In this document: positions 21,090 to 32,628 of the stretch, one piece after another | Layout: the number at the start of each line of letters is the position of its first letter | How positions within the stretch are numbered: the stretch's first letter is position 1 | Source: Hemiscyllium ocellatum | Lineage: Eukaryota | Length of the DNA: 38,570 bases | Direction: 5' to 3' | NCBI RefSeq assembly: GCF_020745735.1 | Contig: NW_026867533.1 | Span: 434,001 to 472,570, forward strand | Notes under the pieces: model-generated | Databases searched by the model: none | What the model was told of the DNA's origin: nothing | What the model saw: the letters and a program-made list of their open reading frames with translations, nothing else | Position numbers and translations under genes: made by a program

Positions 21090-21385
21090 AGGATAAGTTT
21101 GGGGGTGGAGGGGGATATTGGAGAGATATCTAATTGAAACATAAAAAATACTGAGAGACTGAGGTCGAGTGAACGTGGAATAGATGTTTTGACTGGGAGG
21201 CGAGACTAGGACCCAAGGGCACAGTCTCAGGGTCAAAGGGGCACCGTTTAGAACTGAGATGGGGAGGAATTTCTTCAGCCAGAGGGTGATGAATCTGTGG
21301 AACTTGTTGCTGCAGAGGGCTGTGGAGACCAGGCCATTGTGTATATTCAAGCCAGAGATAGTTCGGCTCTTGGTTAGTGTGGGGA
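21090..21385 (+). mobile_element. CR1-type LINE late-ORF2 fragment
   Basis: AAGGGCACAGTCTCAGG...GGAATTTCTTCAGCCAGAGGGTGATGAATCTGTGGAAC. Confidence 0.8.
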
Positions 21386-21399
21386 GAAGACAGTAGAAT

Positions 21400-21480
21400 G
21401 GCTTTAGCCCGAAACGTCGATTTTCCTGCTCGTTGGATGCTGCCTGACCTGCTGTGCTTTTCCAGCATCATTCTGATCTC
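21400..21480 (+). mobile_element. PLE-type terminal fragment with 3' half of a hammerhead
   Basis: GGCTTTAGCCCGAAACGTCGATTTTCCTGCTCGTTGGATGCTGCCTGACCTGCTG is the same family as 12618-12765; CUGANGA is absent. Confidence 0.8.
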
Positions 21481-22480
21481 ACTGAGCTTCTTTAAGATGC
21501 TCTCTGTAAGTAGTGGATGAGTGAGGAGAATAAATTCTGGTAAGAATGCTACAATAGGGATGAATGAACGAGGAACTCGAGACAGGCTGATTTAGCCTGG
21601 TTTGGGGTGGTGATGTTTACACAGTGGGTAGTGGATGTCTTTAAAATTAGTGTACATTTCCATCGCGTTTGTAGATTAATTTAAGATGCTTTTGTTTGTT
21701 TTTTTTTCTCCCCTGCTCTATGAAGAAATTTTAAAAATGCAGCTTGGTAAATAAAGTGAAAGTACAGACCAGTCATGAACGAACTGAATGGAGGGAACGA
21801 CTTAAGGATATGGGTGTCCTTCTCGATATCCAATGCTGTACTCAGTGTCTTGTTTTCAGATCTACTCCAAACTCAGCCCACGAGGAACAATGACATAAAT
21901 TAGAGAATGACATCACACCAATAACGCAAAGTATTTTTGATCACGTTAAATATAATGAACAGAATTTCCATGGATATTCACCGCTCCTGTAACACTTTAG
22001 AACTCTGCAAAGAGAATAATTATTATTTATTATAATTTGTCCGAAATTTGGGCTGTGATTTGGCAGTCAGCGTGACCAGCAGCACTTGCACCTAAGGGTT
22101 ATGAACACGGAATTGAGCTCATTATATTCTGATTACTCTTGTCACAAGTATCAAGAGATGGTCTTAAGTGAGAGACAAACTCTGAAAGAAAGGTAATTCC
22201 ATGGGTTACATAATGGTACCTTCGATGATTTTACTTTTTTCACAGGTGTCACTTGTTACAAAGCCAGTGTTCTTTAGGAATAATGACACAAGGTATGTCA
22301 TAGGTAATCACAAATGCTTTCACAAATCAAAATACATCAACAATAGTAAGCATCGTTTCAGCAATGGTTGGAGTTGCCATTTTGAAGGTGGTGTCTTCAC
22401 CCTGTGAAGAAGTAATCTGAAGATTGGGTGTTTGTATTATAAAGGGGCATTTTTCATTGACTTTGATTTTTGTTTCATAG

Positions 22481-22789
22481 AAGATACCGAGTGCCACCCT
22501 AACACCGTTAAAATCCTCCCACCGCCAGTAGAACAAGTCTTACTGGAGGCGACGGTGACGTTAACCTGCGTTGTGTCGAATCTTCCTTCTGGAGTCAACG
22601 TGACCTGGAAACAAGAAAAGAAGTCTCTGAAATCCGAGATTGCTGACCAGCCTGGACAGAATCCCGACAGCGTGATCAGCAAATTAGACATTTCTACTGA
22701 AGCCTGGCTGAGTGGCGTTACTTTTGAATGTGTGGTGTACCATCAGAATCTACCGACTCCGCTGAGAGACTCCATCCACAAGGAGAAAG
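22481..22789 (+). CDS. IGHM: IgM CH3 exon ([16 protein letters not shown]...[22 protein letters not shown])
   Basis: Acceptor TTTCATAG, donor G|GTGAG at 22790. 309 nt open frame. Confidence 0.94.
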
Positions 22790-23244
22790 GTGAGCGGTGA
22801 GATTAAAACACAAAGCATCCCATGTGGAATCCAGATCCAGTTACATCAATGGCAGGCTTTGATTGGTATTGAACAAACACCGTTGGGAGCATTAATGATG
22901 CATCTGAAGGCAGGATAGCTAAGTAGCTGATTAAGAAAAAGATGGACCAAAGGATATTGTATTCTGATTAAGTCAGATAAGGTGGGAAGAAACCTGGGTT
23001 GTGATGTCACCATCAGCAATGACAGTTGGACAGAATGCCCTTGTTGTGGGCTGGAAACATGGAGGCAACTTTCACATTAAACTTTACTTTTTTTACTGAA
23101 CAGAATGTGTCCCATACTGCTCCTTTAGAAAAGGAAAGTGAATAAATCCCAAATTAAAAATGGCATATTTTAATATTTAGTGAAATTGTGATATTGGTTC
23201 AGGATGTTTTTGGTTGATTTATATTTGTCTCAAATATTCTGCAG

Positions 23245-23637
23245 TGATTAATCCGCTGGAGCCATCAGTGTCGGTCCTCCTGCCACCAACAGAAGAAATC
23301 TCCGCTCAGAGATTTCTCTCCCTCACCTGTTTAGTGAGAGGTTTCTCCCCCCCGAGAGATCTTCGTCAAGTGGACAAACAATGACAAGCAGGTGAATCCA
23401 AGTAACTACAAGAACACCGAGGTGATGGCGGAGAGTGACAACACCTCCTTCTTCATCTACAGCCTGTTATCCATTACAGCGGAGGAGTGGGCCAGCGGTG
23501 CTTCTTACTCCTGTGTGGTGGGACATGAAGCGATTCCATTGAAGATCATCAACAGAACAGTCGATAAATCCAGCGGTAAACCGAGTTTCGTAAACATTTC
23601 ACTTGCACTGATGGACACTGTTAATTCATGTCAATAA
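23245..23637 (+). pseudogene. IGHM: IgM CH4 plus secretory tailpiece exon, with a +1 frameshift as written
   Basis: Acceptor TTCTGCAG. The 5' frame [15 protein letters not shown]...[10 protein letters not shown] and the 3' frame REIFVKWT...YSCVVGHE...[20 protein letters not shown] are offset by 1 nt at the C7 run 23347-23353, giving TGA at 23382-23384. Internal donor G|GTAAA at 23576 serves TM splicing. Exon identity is certain; pseudogene status is not. Confidence 0.8.
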
Positions 23638-23673
23638 AAATCTCAAAGTTGCATTTAATAATTCAACAGAAGT

Positions 23674-23679
23674 AATAAA
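23674..23679 (+). terminator. Poly(A) signal for secretory mu mRNA
   Basis: AATAAA followed by a T-rich tract. A second AATAAA overlaps the stop codon at 23633-23638. Confidence 0.7.
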
Positions 23680-24600
23680 GTTTCTTTTCCCTCCAGTTGT
23701 GAGGTAAATACTGAATGAGTTGTTTCTCACTCTGACTTACATTACATCGGTGTAGTTAAAGTGGATTATTAACAGGTCTAGGACAAGTGTCTTGTGCAGT
23801 TAATGTTCTCTGCTCAGATACACCCTGGGTCAGAGACAGAGTAAAGCTCACTCATTGCAGGATTCGGCCAAGTCCATTATCCATCCTATATCCCTCTGTG
23901 ACAAAATCTGACACTGTCCATTTTATGTCAAGGATAGAGCACGAGGTTTGAACTTGGTGTTCTTGATTCCCCTGATTGGGCATTCTTACAAAATTCATGT
24001 CAGTTTTCAACTGCCACATTGCACCAAGTGGAAATGTAAATTTAAGACACTTTAAAATTAAATTTGATTGGAGCATACCAATCGTAAAGAGTGCAGAACA
24101 GTTTGAATGTAACCTTTGTTTCTGGGAACTGCCAGGGATCTTGCGCCAGCGCATGAGTTGACAGAATGTATCTTCACTTTCACACCAAAGAGAATCGACA
24201 GATAAGTTGTCGTGGAGCAGAGGGGAGGGGAACGATGAATGGTCTGTCCTCTTGCTCCCTGTGCAGAGTTTTCATGGTCGATGTCCTCTGTAATGTAACC
24301 CAGTTACTAACAGGAACAGTCAACTTCTTGCTTACTGTCCAAAGATTGAACATTTCCATGTAAAATAATACCTTTGGAACATGTTGGACACGCTTGGCTC
24401 TGTTAACAAATGATTAAATTCGATTCCCATAATCCAAAACTGGTGTTTGCATCGTCCCGGCTTGAATTCCATAGTTTTGTCTCAGTTTTCTGGAGCACAT
24501 GGGATCAATTCTGGTATTCGAATACCTGATATCATTTTGTTTCACATGCAGAACACAAGTAGACATTTTCTAATAAACACATTCAGAAATGTTATCTCTG

Positions 24601-24668
24601 GGGCAGTGGGGATTTGAACTCACGCCTTTTCTCTCAGAGACAGAAATTCTATCACTGCAACAGAAGAG
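24601..24668 (-). mobile_element. tRNA-like SINE head of a second family, degenerate
   Basis: Minus-strand B box GAGTTCAAATCC and a weak A box (TGCAGTGATAG); no full cloverleaf, so not called as tRNA. Confidence 0.45.
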
Positions 24669-24839
24669 TTGCTCATAAAACGCTTATCTCTCCACGATGA
24701 TGGGAAATGTTTCCTACAACACCAAGGTCAAATCTAATTATGGGCAATCCATTAAAATTAGAACAATAAATTAGAATAATAAAAATTGCAGTCTGGTATA
24801 AGAACAGATACAGAGAGATGATCGCAAATTCACACGTAA

Positions 24840-25950
24840 TGACACATATATGGGCTCTCACCTCAAGACACATATTTATGTGCACACTCAAATGTGCATA
24901 TAGATAAGATGTCACACACGCATACTCGCACAGAGCCACACATGCAAGTGGTACTTGAACACTCACCTAAGCTCATACAAAAACTCACATACACAGAAAG
25001 AAAATTATTTGCACAAATGAACAGGGGTACTCACACATAACCATGAGAAATATAGACACACGGTAACACACAAATGGGCATGAATACATATACGTTCATA
25101 CAGCACAATGCGTACAGACATACACGCATGAACACACAGATACAAATTCCGAAAAATGTCCTCCCACATGTCAACTCATACAGGCACGTAAGTGCACAGA
25201 GATAAATATTAATATCATTATTTTCCCATTTTCAGAATCACAAACATACGATGACAGAGGCAGCTTAATTAGTTATTTTTAAATCACATTGATCAGCATG
25301 TATACAATGTCACACGTACACACAAATTCAGAGTCTCACATGCAGACACACAAGTGCATAGATCAACAAATAGAGGGGCGTTTATTAAATAAGGAGAATG
25401 GGCACAAGCATCAGCAAGCATCCACACACAGTAACACAAACAAGCTTCTCAGGAGATGGTTTGGGAAAGATTGCCACACAAGCAAACATCATCATATAAA
25501 TATAAACATCCATCAAAACATAACATTGCATGCTAACATTTATTAAGCATAAACATGAAAATAACCTAGTTTAGGTAGGACCTGAAACAGACACATAAGT
25601 GCACATTTTAGATAGCACTAATGAAAAGTGAACACTCACAAAGACATTACAAGATAAGCATAGGCAGCAACAAAATGGCATATTAGCATGATGATGCTTA
25701 CACAATGTGAAAAGACCAAAATTTCGGTGCCCAAACACACAAGCACCCCAGCAGTAAAGGAACAGGAATATGTTTATTCATGCACAGACTCCAACATGGG
25801 CAAGAGTGAAGTAAGAGACTCTCATAACCACATACACAAACATTAAAGGGAAACCAAACACACCAAGCAGTAGGTCAAATAAATTAAGGGACACATGTAC
25901 AAAAACTTATTCCTAAATATACAGATCCTACAAACAAAAATGTGAAGCAA
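24840..25950. repeat. Decayed CA/purine-pyrimidine-rich low-complexity tract
   Basis: Dense ACAC, CATA and GCAC motifs over about 1.1 kb with no exact period. Confidence 0.6.
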
Positions 25951-26406
25951 TGTCCTGACTGTGATGTCACTTATATTCACGATTTGCCAAGCAATTGGTC
26001 ACCAATACATAAAGGTGAGAATTACATTTGAACTTTTATTCAGTGATGGCCACAATTTTCAACTAAAGTGCTTCACAGCCTATATTTAAAATATAATGAT
26101 ATAATTAAAATAATAATTCGTAATAAGCATTCCTCAAATAATAATATCCTTAAATAATAGATTAAAAGAAAAATAATTTAAAACGTTCTGACATGGACAA
26201 TGACGAAAGAACATGTGCAGTTAGTATTTGTAATTTCTTGCTGAGAGTCAATAATGCACTGATGGATACAGATAAGAGTCACACTTGAGAAATACCTGAT
26301 TGCTTTATGAAGATGTAATGGTCTCTAATTACATGACTTGGATGCACATAGATCGATCTGGATCAATAAACGATCTAAATGCATTCTCTCGGCTTTATAT
26401 TCATAG

Positions 26407-26534
26407 ATTCAATAGATCGCACTTGGATTGAAGACTATGAGGATGATAACAGCAACATCTGGACAACTGCTTCCACGTTCATCACCTTGTTCTTCCTGAG
26501 TATTTTCTATAGCGCTGCCGTCACTCTGGTGAAG
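26407..26534 (+). CDS. IGHM: IgM TM1 exon (DSIDRTWIEDYEDDNSNIWTTASTFITLFFLSIFYSAAVTLVK)
   Basis: Acidic spacer plus conserved membrane-Ig TM motif (TF..LF.LS..YS..VT). Phase-1 acceptor TTCATAG, phase-0 donor AAG|GTGAG. Confidence 0.94.
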
Positions 26535-26673
26535 GTGAGAATAATCACATCTTTCTCACGCCAAGCAGCCCAATCTGTTTTGTGAAATCTCTAAGTGTGC
26601 CATTGAATAAACATTAAATCTGAAAGTCCCTGATCATAAATATCTGCGTCATTGCTTTATCTCTCTTTTCCAG

Positions 26674-26682
26674 GTTAAGTGA
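26674..26682 (+). CDS. IGHM: IgM TM2 exon (VK-stop)
   Basis: Polypyrimidine acceptor CTCTCTTTTCCAG, then GTT AAG TGA, giving a KVK cytoplasmic tail. Confidence 0.92.
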   Translation, partial: VK

Positions 26683-27111
26683 ATGAATTGTGGACTCCTT
26701 TGATTTTCCTGATCTGCTTATCAAGGTCTCTGAATTCCCAATCTACAATCTGTCCTGTTGCTGACTCTAACAGTGAGATCACTGCAGTTTATCAGTGTGT
26801 AACTGAGACAATTATTGATGGATTTTTGTTTTTACTTTGATATCTTTGAGATGGTTGTGGTTGGAAGAATTTGTAGCTTCCCTGTTGTTTGAAGCCCATT
26901 TGTTATGTTTTTATTTGTTCCTTACTCAGAATGGTTGCCTACCCTTTCTGATCAGCCTTTGTATTCCCTTTCTTGTGACTGTAACTGATGTACAGAAAAT
27001 TCCCACCTCACAGCGCATGTGTTCTCGTCTCAATGTGGCAACCAGCCATTATATTCACTTCTGTTAGCTTTTACATCAACTTTTTGGATAAAAATGCTTT
27101 CTGAAATGGTT

Positions 27112-27117
27112 AATAAA
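27112..27117 (+). terminator. Probable poly(A) signal for membrane mu mRNA
   Basis: AATAAA about 430 nt after the TM2 stop; position is plausible but not proven. Confidence 0.5.
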
Positions 27118-27722
27118 TCTCGAATGAATATGCACTAACCTTGAGTTTGCTTCATTCTTTCTTCAAGGCCAGTCAGTAATCATACATTTTCCCACATCCT
27201 ACTCCTTTCCCAGCCAAATACTTTCACTTGTTCTGTTTGGTTGTGTTTCATCCAGTCATTTAGTTTAATGTTGCGCTGCCATGCCGCCCACTAATGTAAA
27301 TACATCTTTCACACGATATGCCTGATGGAACACTCCAGAGGCAGAATGATTAGAGAACATTTCCTCTTATGCACCAAGGGTCACGGCCTCGGGTCACGTA
27401 ATGATACAAATTAGGAGCTTTGCTCCACCAGAAGCCTATAAAAGGCAGGCAAAGGAGTTTGAAAGTTTACTCTACAACGTCTAAACTACATGTACTCCCA
27501 ATGTCCGGACAGCCTGGTTAGTAATGCATAACTCACCACCTAAACGCCCAACGAAACATTCATCAGCCAAAAATGTCAACGTTCAGTCAGGTAGTCAGAC
27601 AGCAACACGTGCACACTCCAAGGGCGGATTCTCAGAAGTGGAGATTTTCTCACACATAAATCTCATGGAGCACAATTCCTGGGATCTATTTGACACACCA
27701 CACCTGTCAAATCCCAGGAAAT

Positions 27723-28394
27723 GAGACTGGGATCTATCTGATACAGGGATATTACTGAACAGCAACCCTCAAAAATAATAAATCAGAGTTCGATGTTGAT
27801 CAGACAAGGCAGAGCTCATGAGTCCCTGAAATATTCAGCCATTGGGATCTATATGACGCAAGATGGAATTGAGAACAAATCATAGCAACTGTTCACAGAG
27901 TCTGGGAACTATCAGCAGAGGAGAATATTCTCAATTTCTCAGAGTTGGTGAGGTGTATCATCCCGGGAATAGTGTTGTGAATCAGTCACGCACCCAATCT
28001 CATAACTTCGCATTTTGTCAAAAATGTGGCACCTGCAATATTCCAGGTGAGACAAGAGACTGTTTGATTTCAGTGTAACATAATTGCTTTGTGTTTGTTC
28101 TCTACAGTGTTATTGATGAAGTAGGGTTTATTTGCTCTTCTGTCCACGTGTCATGGTCCATTCCCTGATTTGTGCACATACACACGGAGGATCCTCTGCT
28201 CCTTCACCCCCTTTGGGTTTACTCCCTTAGTATTGTATGTTCCCCTGAGTTCATCACAAAACAAAGGAGCACGTCACCCCTCCCTGAGACGGAGATCTAT
28301 CTGACACACCGATATTAATGAATAACAATCCTCAAAAATGATCAATCACAGGTTGATTTCGATCAGGGAAGGCAGAGATCAGAAGTTCTGGAAA
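27723..28394 (+). repeat. 109-bp direct repeat pair (27723-27831 and 28286-28394)
   Basis: Ungapped alignment with about 24 mismatches (~78% identity) counted by eye. Confidence 0.85.
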
Positions 28395-28919
28395 CTCTGC
28401 TGCTTTCCACGTCCTTTCCCACAACCCCTCTGTCAAACTTGATGCTCTATGCTGTTCTTCCAATATCCTAACATTTTACCTTAAATTGCTATTAATATTT
28501 TTCTGTAATTTTGCATTAGAGACCAAAACACAGGTTGGAACAACAAGGACCCAAACACTGAACTCTGAGAACATACACAATAAGGCAACCTACATTCTGA
28601 AACAGCAAACACCCGTTAACAAATGGTTGACAAGTACAAAACAGCGGGTGAGATTAACTTGAACTCATCAAAATAAGTTGAAAGTACTCTGGAGGTACAG
28701 CGGTGTAGGGAAGACCTGGGCAGACAGAGTGGAGTTCGTTTTTTAAAATTCTTGATTCTATCCAGAACTTTCCTTCCACACAATGTAACCTTTTATTTCC
28801 CATCACCCAAGGTCCCCATAGTATCTTTATTTTCAGCTACTAACTATCACCAGTAAATTGAATCATTTATGTTCAAAGCCCCTTCCACCATCAAAGGTAC
28901 GGCAGAAGTAGGAAGAGCT

Positions 28920-29820
28920 GGAAGGAGATTGGAGTCAATTTTTCTTGTGGTGAAACATTACTGCTGTTCTACCACAAGGTATTTCTGAGGGATGGTCCAG
29001 TGAAGCTATGTGGATGGAACTCAGAAATAAGAAGGGCATGTTTACTTTGATGCAATTGTAATAGTCCCCCCAGTAGTCAGAGTGAAATTGAGTAACAAAT
29101 ATGTGGAGAGATCTTATTTATACGTAAGAATAATAGGATTGTAATAATCACAAATTTTAACCTTCCAAACATAAAGTGGGACAGCCATGGTCTTAAGAGC
29201 TTGGATGGTGAGGAATTTGGTAAGTGCTAAAGTCAATTTTCTTCATTAATATACAGATGTAACTCTCACAGAAGGAGCAATCCTGACCTACTCTTGTGAT
29301 ATAAGGCAGGGCAAGTGACTGAATGGTTAGTAGGGGAGCTTTTTGGGGCCGGGGTCATAATTCGATTAGTTTAAAACATCTATGGAAAGGATTGGCATTA
29401 TATATAAGTTAAAGTTCTTAATTGAACTAGGGCAAATTTTGATAGTATGAGACAAAATCTTTCAAGAGTTGATTGGAGTAGACTGTTTGCAGCTCAAGGG
29501 ACGGCCGGCAAGAGTGAAGCTTTCAGAAGTGAGATAACGAGAGTTTGGAGGTGTGATGTTCCTGTTAGTGTGAAGGTAAGGCTGGTAAGAAGAGGGAACA
29601 CTGGAGGAATAAAGATATTGAGGCTCTGGTTCAGAGTAAGAATGAATCATATATTAGATATAGATAAATGAGATCAAGTGAATCTCGAAGAGTACAAGAG
29701 GTGCAGGGACATTCTAAAGAGGGAAATGAGGAGGGCAAGAAAGGAAAATAAGATAGCCTTGGGAGATAATGTTAAAGATAATCCAAAGAGATTCGACTAG
29801 TACATTAAGCGCAAAGGGGT
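28920..29820 (+). mobile_element. CR1-type LINE ORF2 endonuclease/linker fragment
   Basis: WMELRNKKG motif near 28990; ORF 29447-29671 RQNLSRVDWSRLFAAQGTAGKSEAFRSEITRV. Confidence 0.8.
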
Positions 29821-29823
29821 AGA

Positions 29824-30285
29824 TCATAGAGTCATAGAGATGTACAACTTGGAAACAGATCTTTCAGTCTCACTTGCCCATGATGACCAGATATCCTAAA
29901 CTAATCTAGTCCCATTTGCCAGTACTTGGCCCATATCCCTCTAAACCCTTCCTATTCTTATACACACTCAGATGCCTTTTAAAATGTTGAAATTGCACCA
30001 GCCTCCACCGCTCCTTCTGGCAGTTCATTCCATACACTTCCTGTTCATTCCATACACACCATCCTCTGGATGAAAAAGTTACTCCTTCGGTACTTTCAAC
30101 TTTTCCCCTCTCACTCTAAACCTATACTCACGGTTTAGATGAGACTCCACCCACCTCAGGGAAAAGACCTTGTCTATTCACCGTATCCATGCCTCTGATG
30201 ATTTTATAAACCTTTATAAAGTCACCCCTCAGCCTCCAACTCTCCAGAGGAATCTGCCCCAGCCTATTCAGCTTCTCCCTATATA
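29824..30285 (-). mobile_element. CR1-type (HER1-like) LINE 3' end
   Basis: TCATAGAGTCATAGAG tail and reverse-complement GGGGTGACTTTATAAAGGTTTATAAAATCATCAGAGGC block. Confidence 0.85.
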
Positions 30286-30839
30286 GCTCTACATGGCTGT
30301 GAATATGTATAAGCCTAGAGGATTGGCTTCATAAATCATGTTGCATTTAACATAAATGCTGTTTTTTTTTATTGTCATTTAGTTTAAAATGGAGGATGGG
30401 TGCCTTTTCAATTTTAAATCAGTAGCACAGAAAGACCTGGGAAATAAACTGCAACAAAAAAATGGACAAAACGTTATTGCACTACGGATCATCTCACCAT
30501 GTCATTCATGTAAAAAATAATTCGCTGTTTTGACCGTGAATTAATAGAGTCTATTAATTAGTCCTGTGTTTGTAATAATTTTCATCTATCTGTCATTCTA
30601 CATTTAGTTGTTATAGTTAACGTGTGGATTACTGCACCTCTCTAAAACTTCAAAACAAAATAAAGTAAAACTGCAAATTAAATATTGCATCTAATTACGA
30701 CAAAAAAGTTAGCAATTCAATGACACCAAATTGGAAAGGAATGTTGAAAATGTAGCCAATTCTGAGGATTCCAAGAAGTTGCAAGAGATCATTAATTAAT
30801 TTACGGTATATTCAAATAATTAGCAAATGAAGATCCACA

Positions 30840-31563
30840 CAGATAAACATAAGGTGTTACATCTTGGTAGGAATAATGTGCAGGTCACTTATTCAAAGAT
30901 GCACGTCTAAGTGAGGGAGTCAAAGGGATTTCAGACAATTACATCAGTCACTAACAATTTCACCACAGGTTCCAAAGGCCATAAAAATGCAAACAAAGCT
31001 CTAAGTTGTATCTCTAAAGGGATAGATTTGAAAGTAGGGTCACTATAAAAATTTGGTTGACTATAATTAAGAGTATTGCCTGCAGTTCGAGTTGACATAT
31101 TATAGAATGTATGAGAGAGAGTGAAGAGATGATTTATGAGAATGCTACACGAGTTTCTGGCTGTGCATATCAACGAAGAATTGTGCTGTTCACTTCTCTC
31201 TTGAAAAGAAGGCTGACAGTTCTAAAATTATGAAAGGTTTTGAAAAGTGAAGGTACAGAGAAAACATTTCACTATGGGATAGAATATAACTCGAGGCTGT
31301 CAATATAAGACGGTACCTCAAGAAGTCCAAAAGGGAATTCAGAAGAAATTATGAGAATGGGAATATATGACCAGACGGAATAGTTGAAATCAATAGTTTA
31401 GATGTATTTCAAGGAAACTAGGCGAGCACTTGGAAGGGATGGGAATAGAGAATTACAACGGGCGATTTAGATGAGGAAAGATGTGAAACACCTTGAGTAG
31501 AACATACACACTGGCATGAACTGATTGTGCCAAATGGTCTGTTTTTCCCTCTGTAATCCTATG
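30840..31563 (+). mobile_element. Old CR1-type LINE 3' fragment
   Basis: AAGGTGTTACATCTTGGTAGGAATAAT block and 3'UTR GTGCCAAATGGTCTGTTTT. Confidence 0.6.
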
Positions 31564-32628
31564 TAGAAAATCACCATTGTATGGAACAAAAAAGTGCATG
31601 AAGAACATTTAGAAGAATTATAAAGTTTCTCACAAAAATGTCTCAAGTATCCAGCACTGAATGTAAATGATTTTATCACATGGCCCCACTTCACTATTTG
31701 CTTGATAGCACTGAAAAAGCTGTAATCACAGTACTCTTACTGGGAGTAGGAGTAACCCATCGTCCATGCACCAATTGGGGGATCTCAATGACTTATTAAT
31801 GGCCTCAGTAGGAGCTGCCAACCTGGTCCTGGGAATGTTGTGAACACTCTAGCCCTCACGGCTTCTTTCACTCACTTACTCTGATTTCCAGTTCCCGTAA
31901 TGATCGCTACCATGGACAGGGGACTGTTCCAGTGTGCAGATGGGATACCCTGTTGTGAGCCATAAGCTACTACATTAGGAGGGACATCCTCCAGGTGTGT
32001 CACTAGGATGCAGGGGAGGTCTCCCACACAATGGAGGACCTTACTGCTAATAAACTGCCAGCATTGGCAGGAACACACTCTACATTGACCACCTGAGTGG
32101 TCATCCTTTCCCGAATTTGGGATCAATAAAATATTACGGAGGTGGAAATATGAGAGCCACTGAAACCCCTTCCTTCCCTTCTCATCTTCCACCTTATTAT
32201 CCACCTAATGACCTTGCAGCCTGTCCCTAGAGGGCTGATAGAACCCAGTCCCATTCCAATATTCAAGAACATGAAGAGCTGGCAACCTGGTCAAAATTGA
32301 TAAAGCTTAAAACAAACAGTCTTGGCCTGACCGTCAAATTCTAAAGTGTAACTTGAGATGAGTTCAATAAAAATGGCAGAAGTACAGAAACAACCACTTC
32401 CATCCATCAGAAACAAATGTCTATGAATGGGAACGGGTGGTCTGCTATTTGGAATGGAGCAGTGCATTTGAAAAGTGAATGAGGAGCAGCAATGTTTTGT
32501 GTTGGACGTGGGCACAGTCTGAAGCTGTTTGCTGATTCGGTTTTGCTAAAGGTTGGCAGATACATTCCAATGAGAATCAATTAAATCTGCCAAAGTGGAT
32601 ATTAATACTCACATTTATGAGATGCTTT

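Larger units (their letters stand above)
5391..27117 (+). other. IGHM: Shark IgM heavy-chain cluster (L-VD(D)-J-CH1-CH2-CH3-CH4/sec-TM1-TM2)
   Basis: Ordered exons with GT-AG boundaries and compatible phases. Four constant Ig domains, secretory tail [20 protein letters not shown] and TM exons ending in KVK match the cartilaginous-fish IgM cluster organisation. Confidence 0.96.

Noticed and set aside
16734-23637. IgNAR, IgW or IgM1gj assignment
   Set aside because: A conventional VH with WVRQ/GLEW, a CH1 with an N-terminal Cys, four CH exons including CH2 and the IgM tailpiece all indicate ordinary mu organisation.
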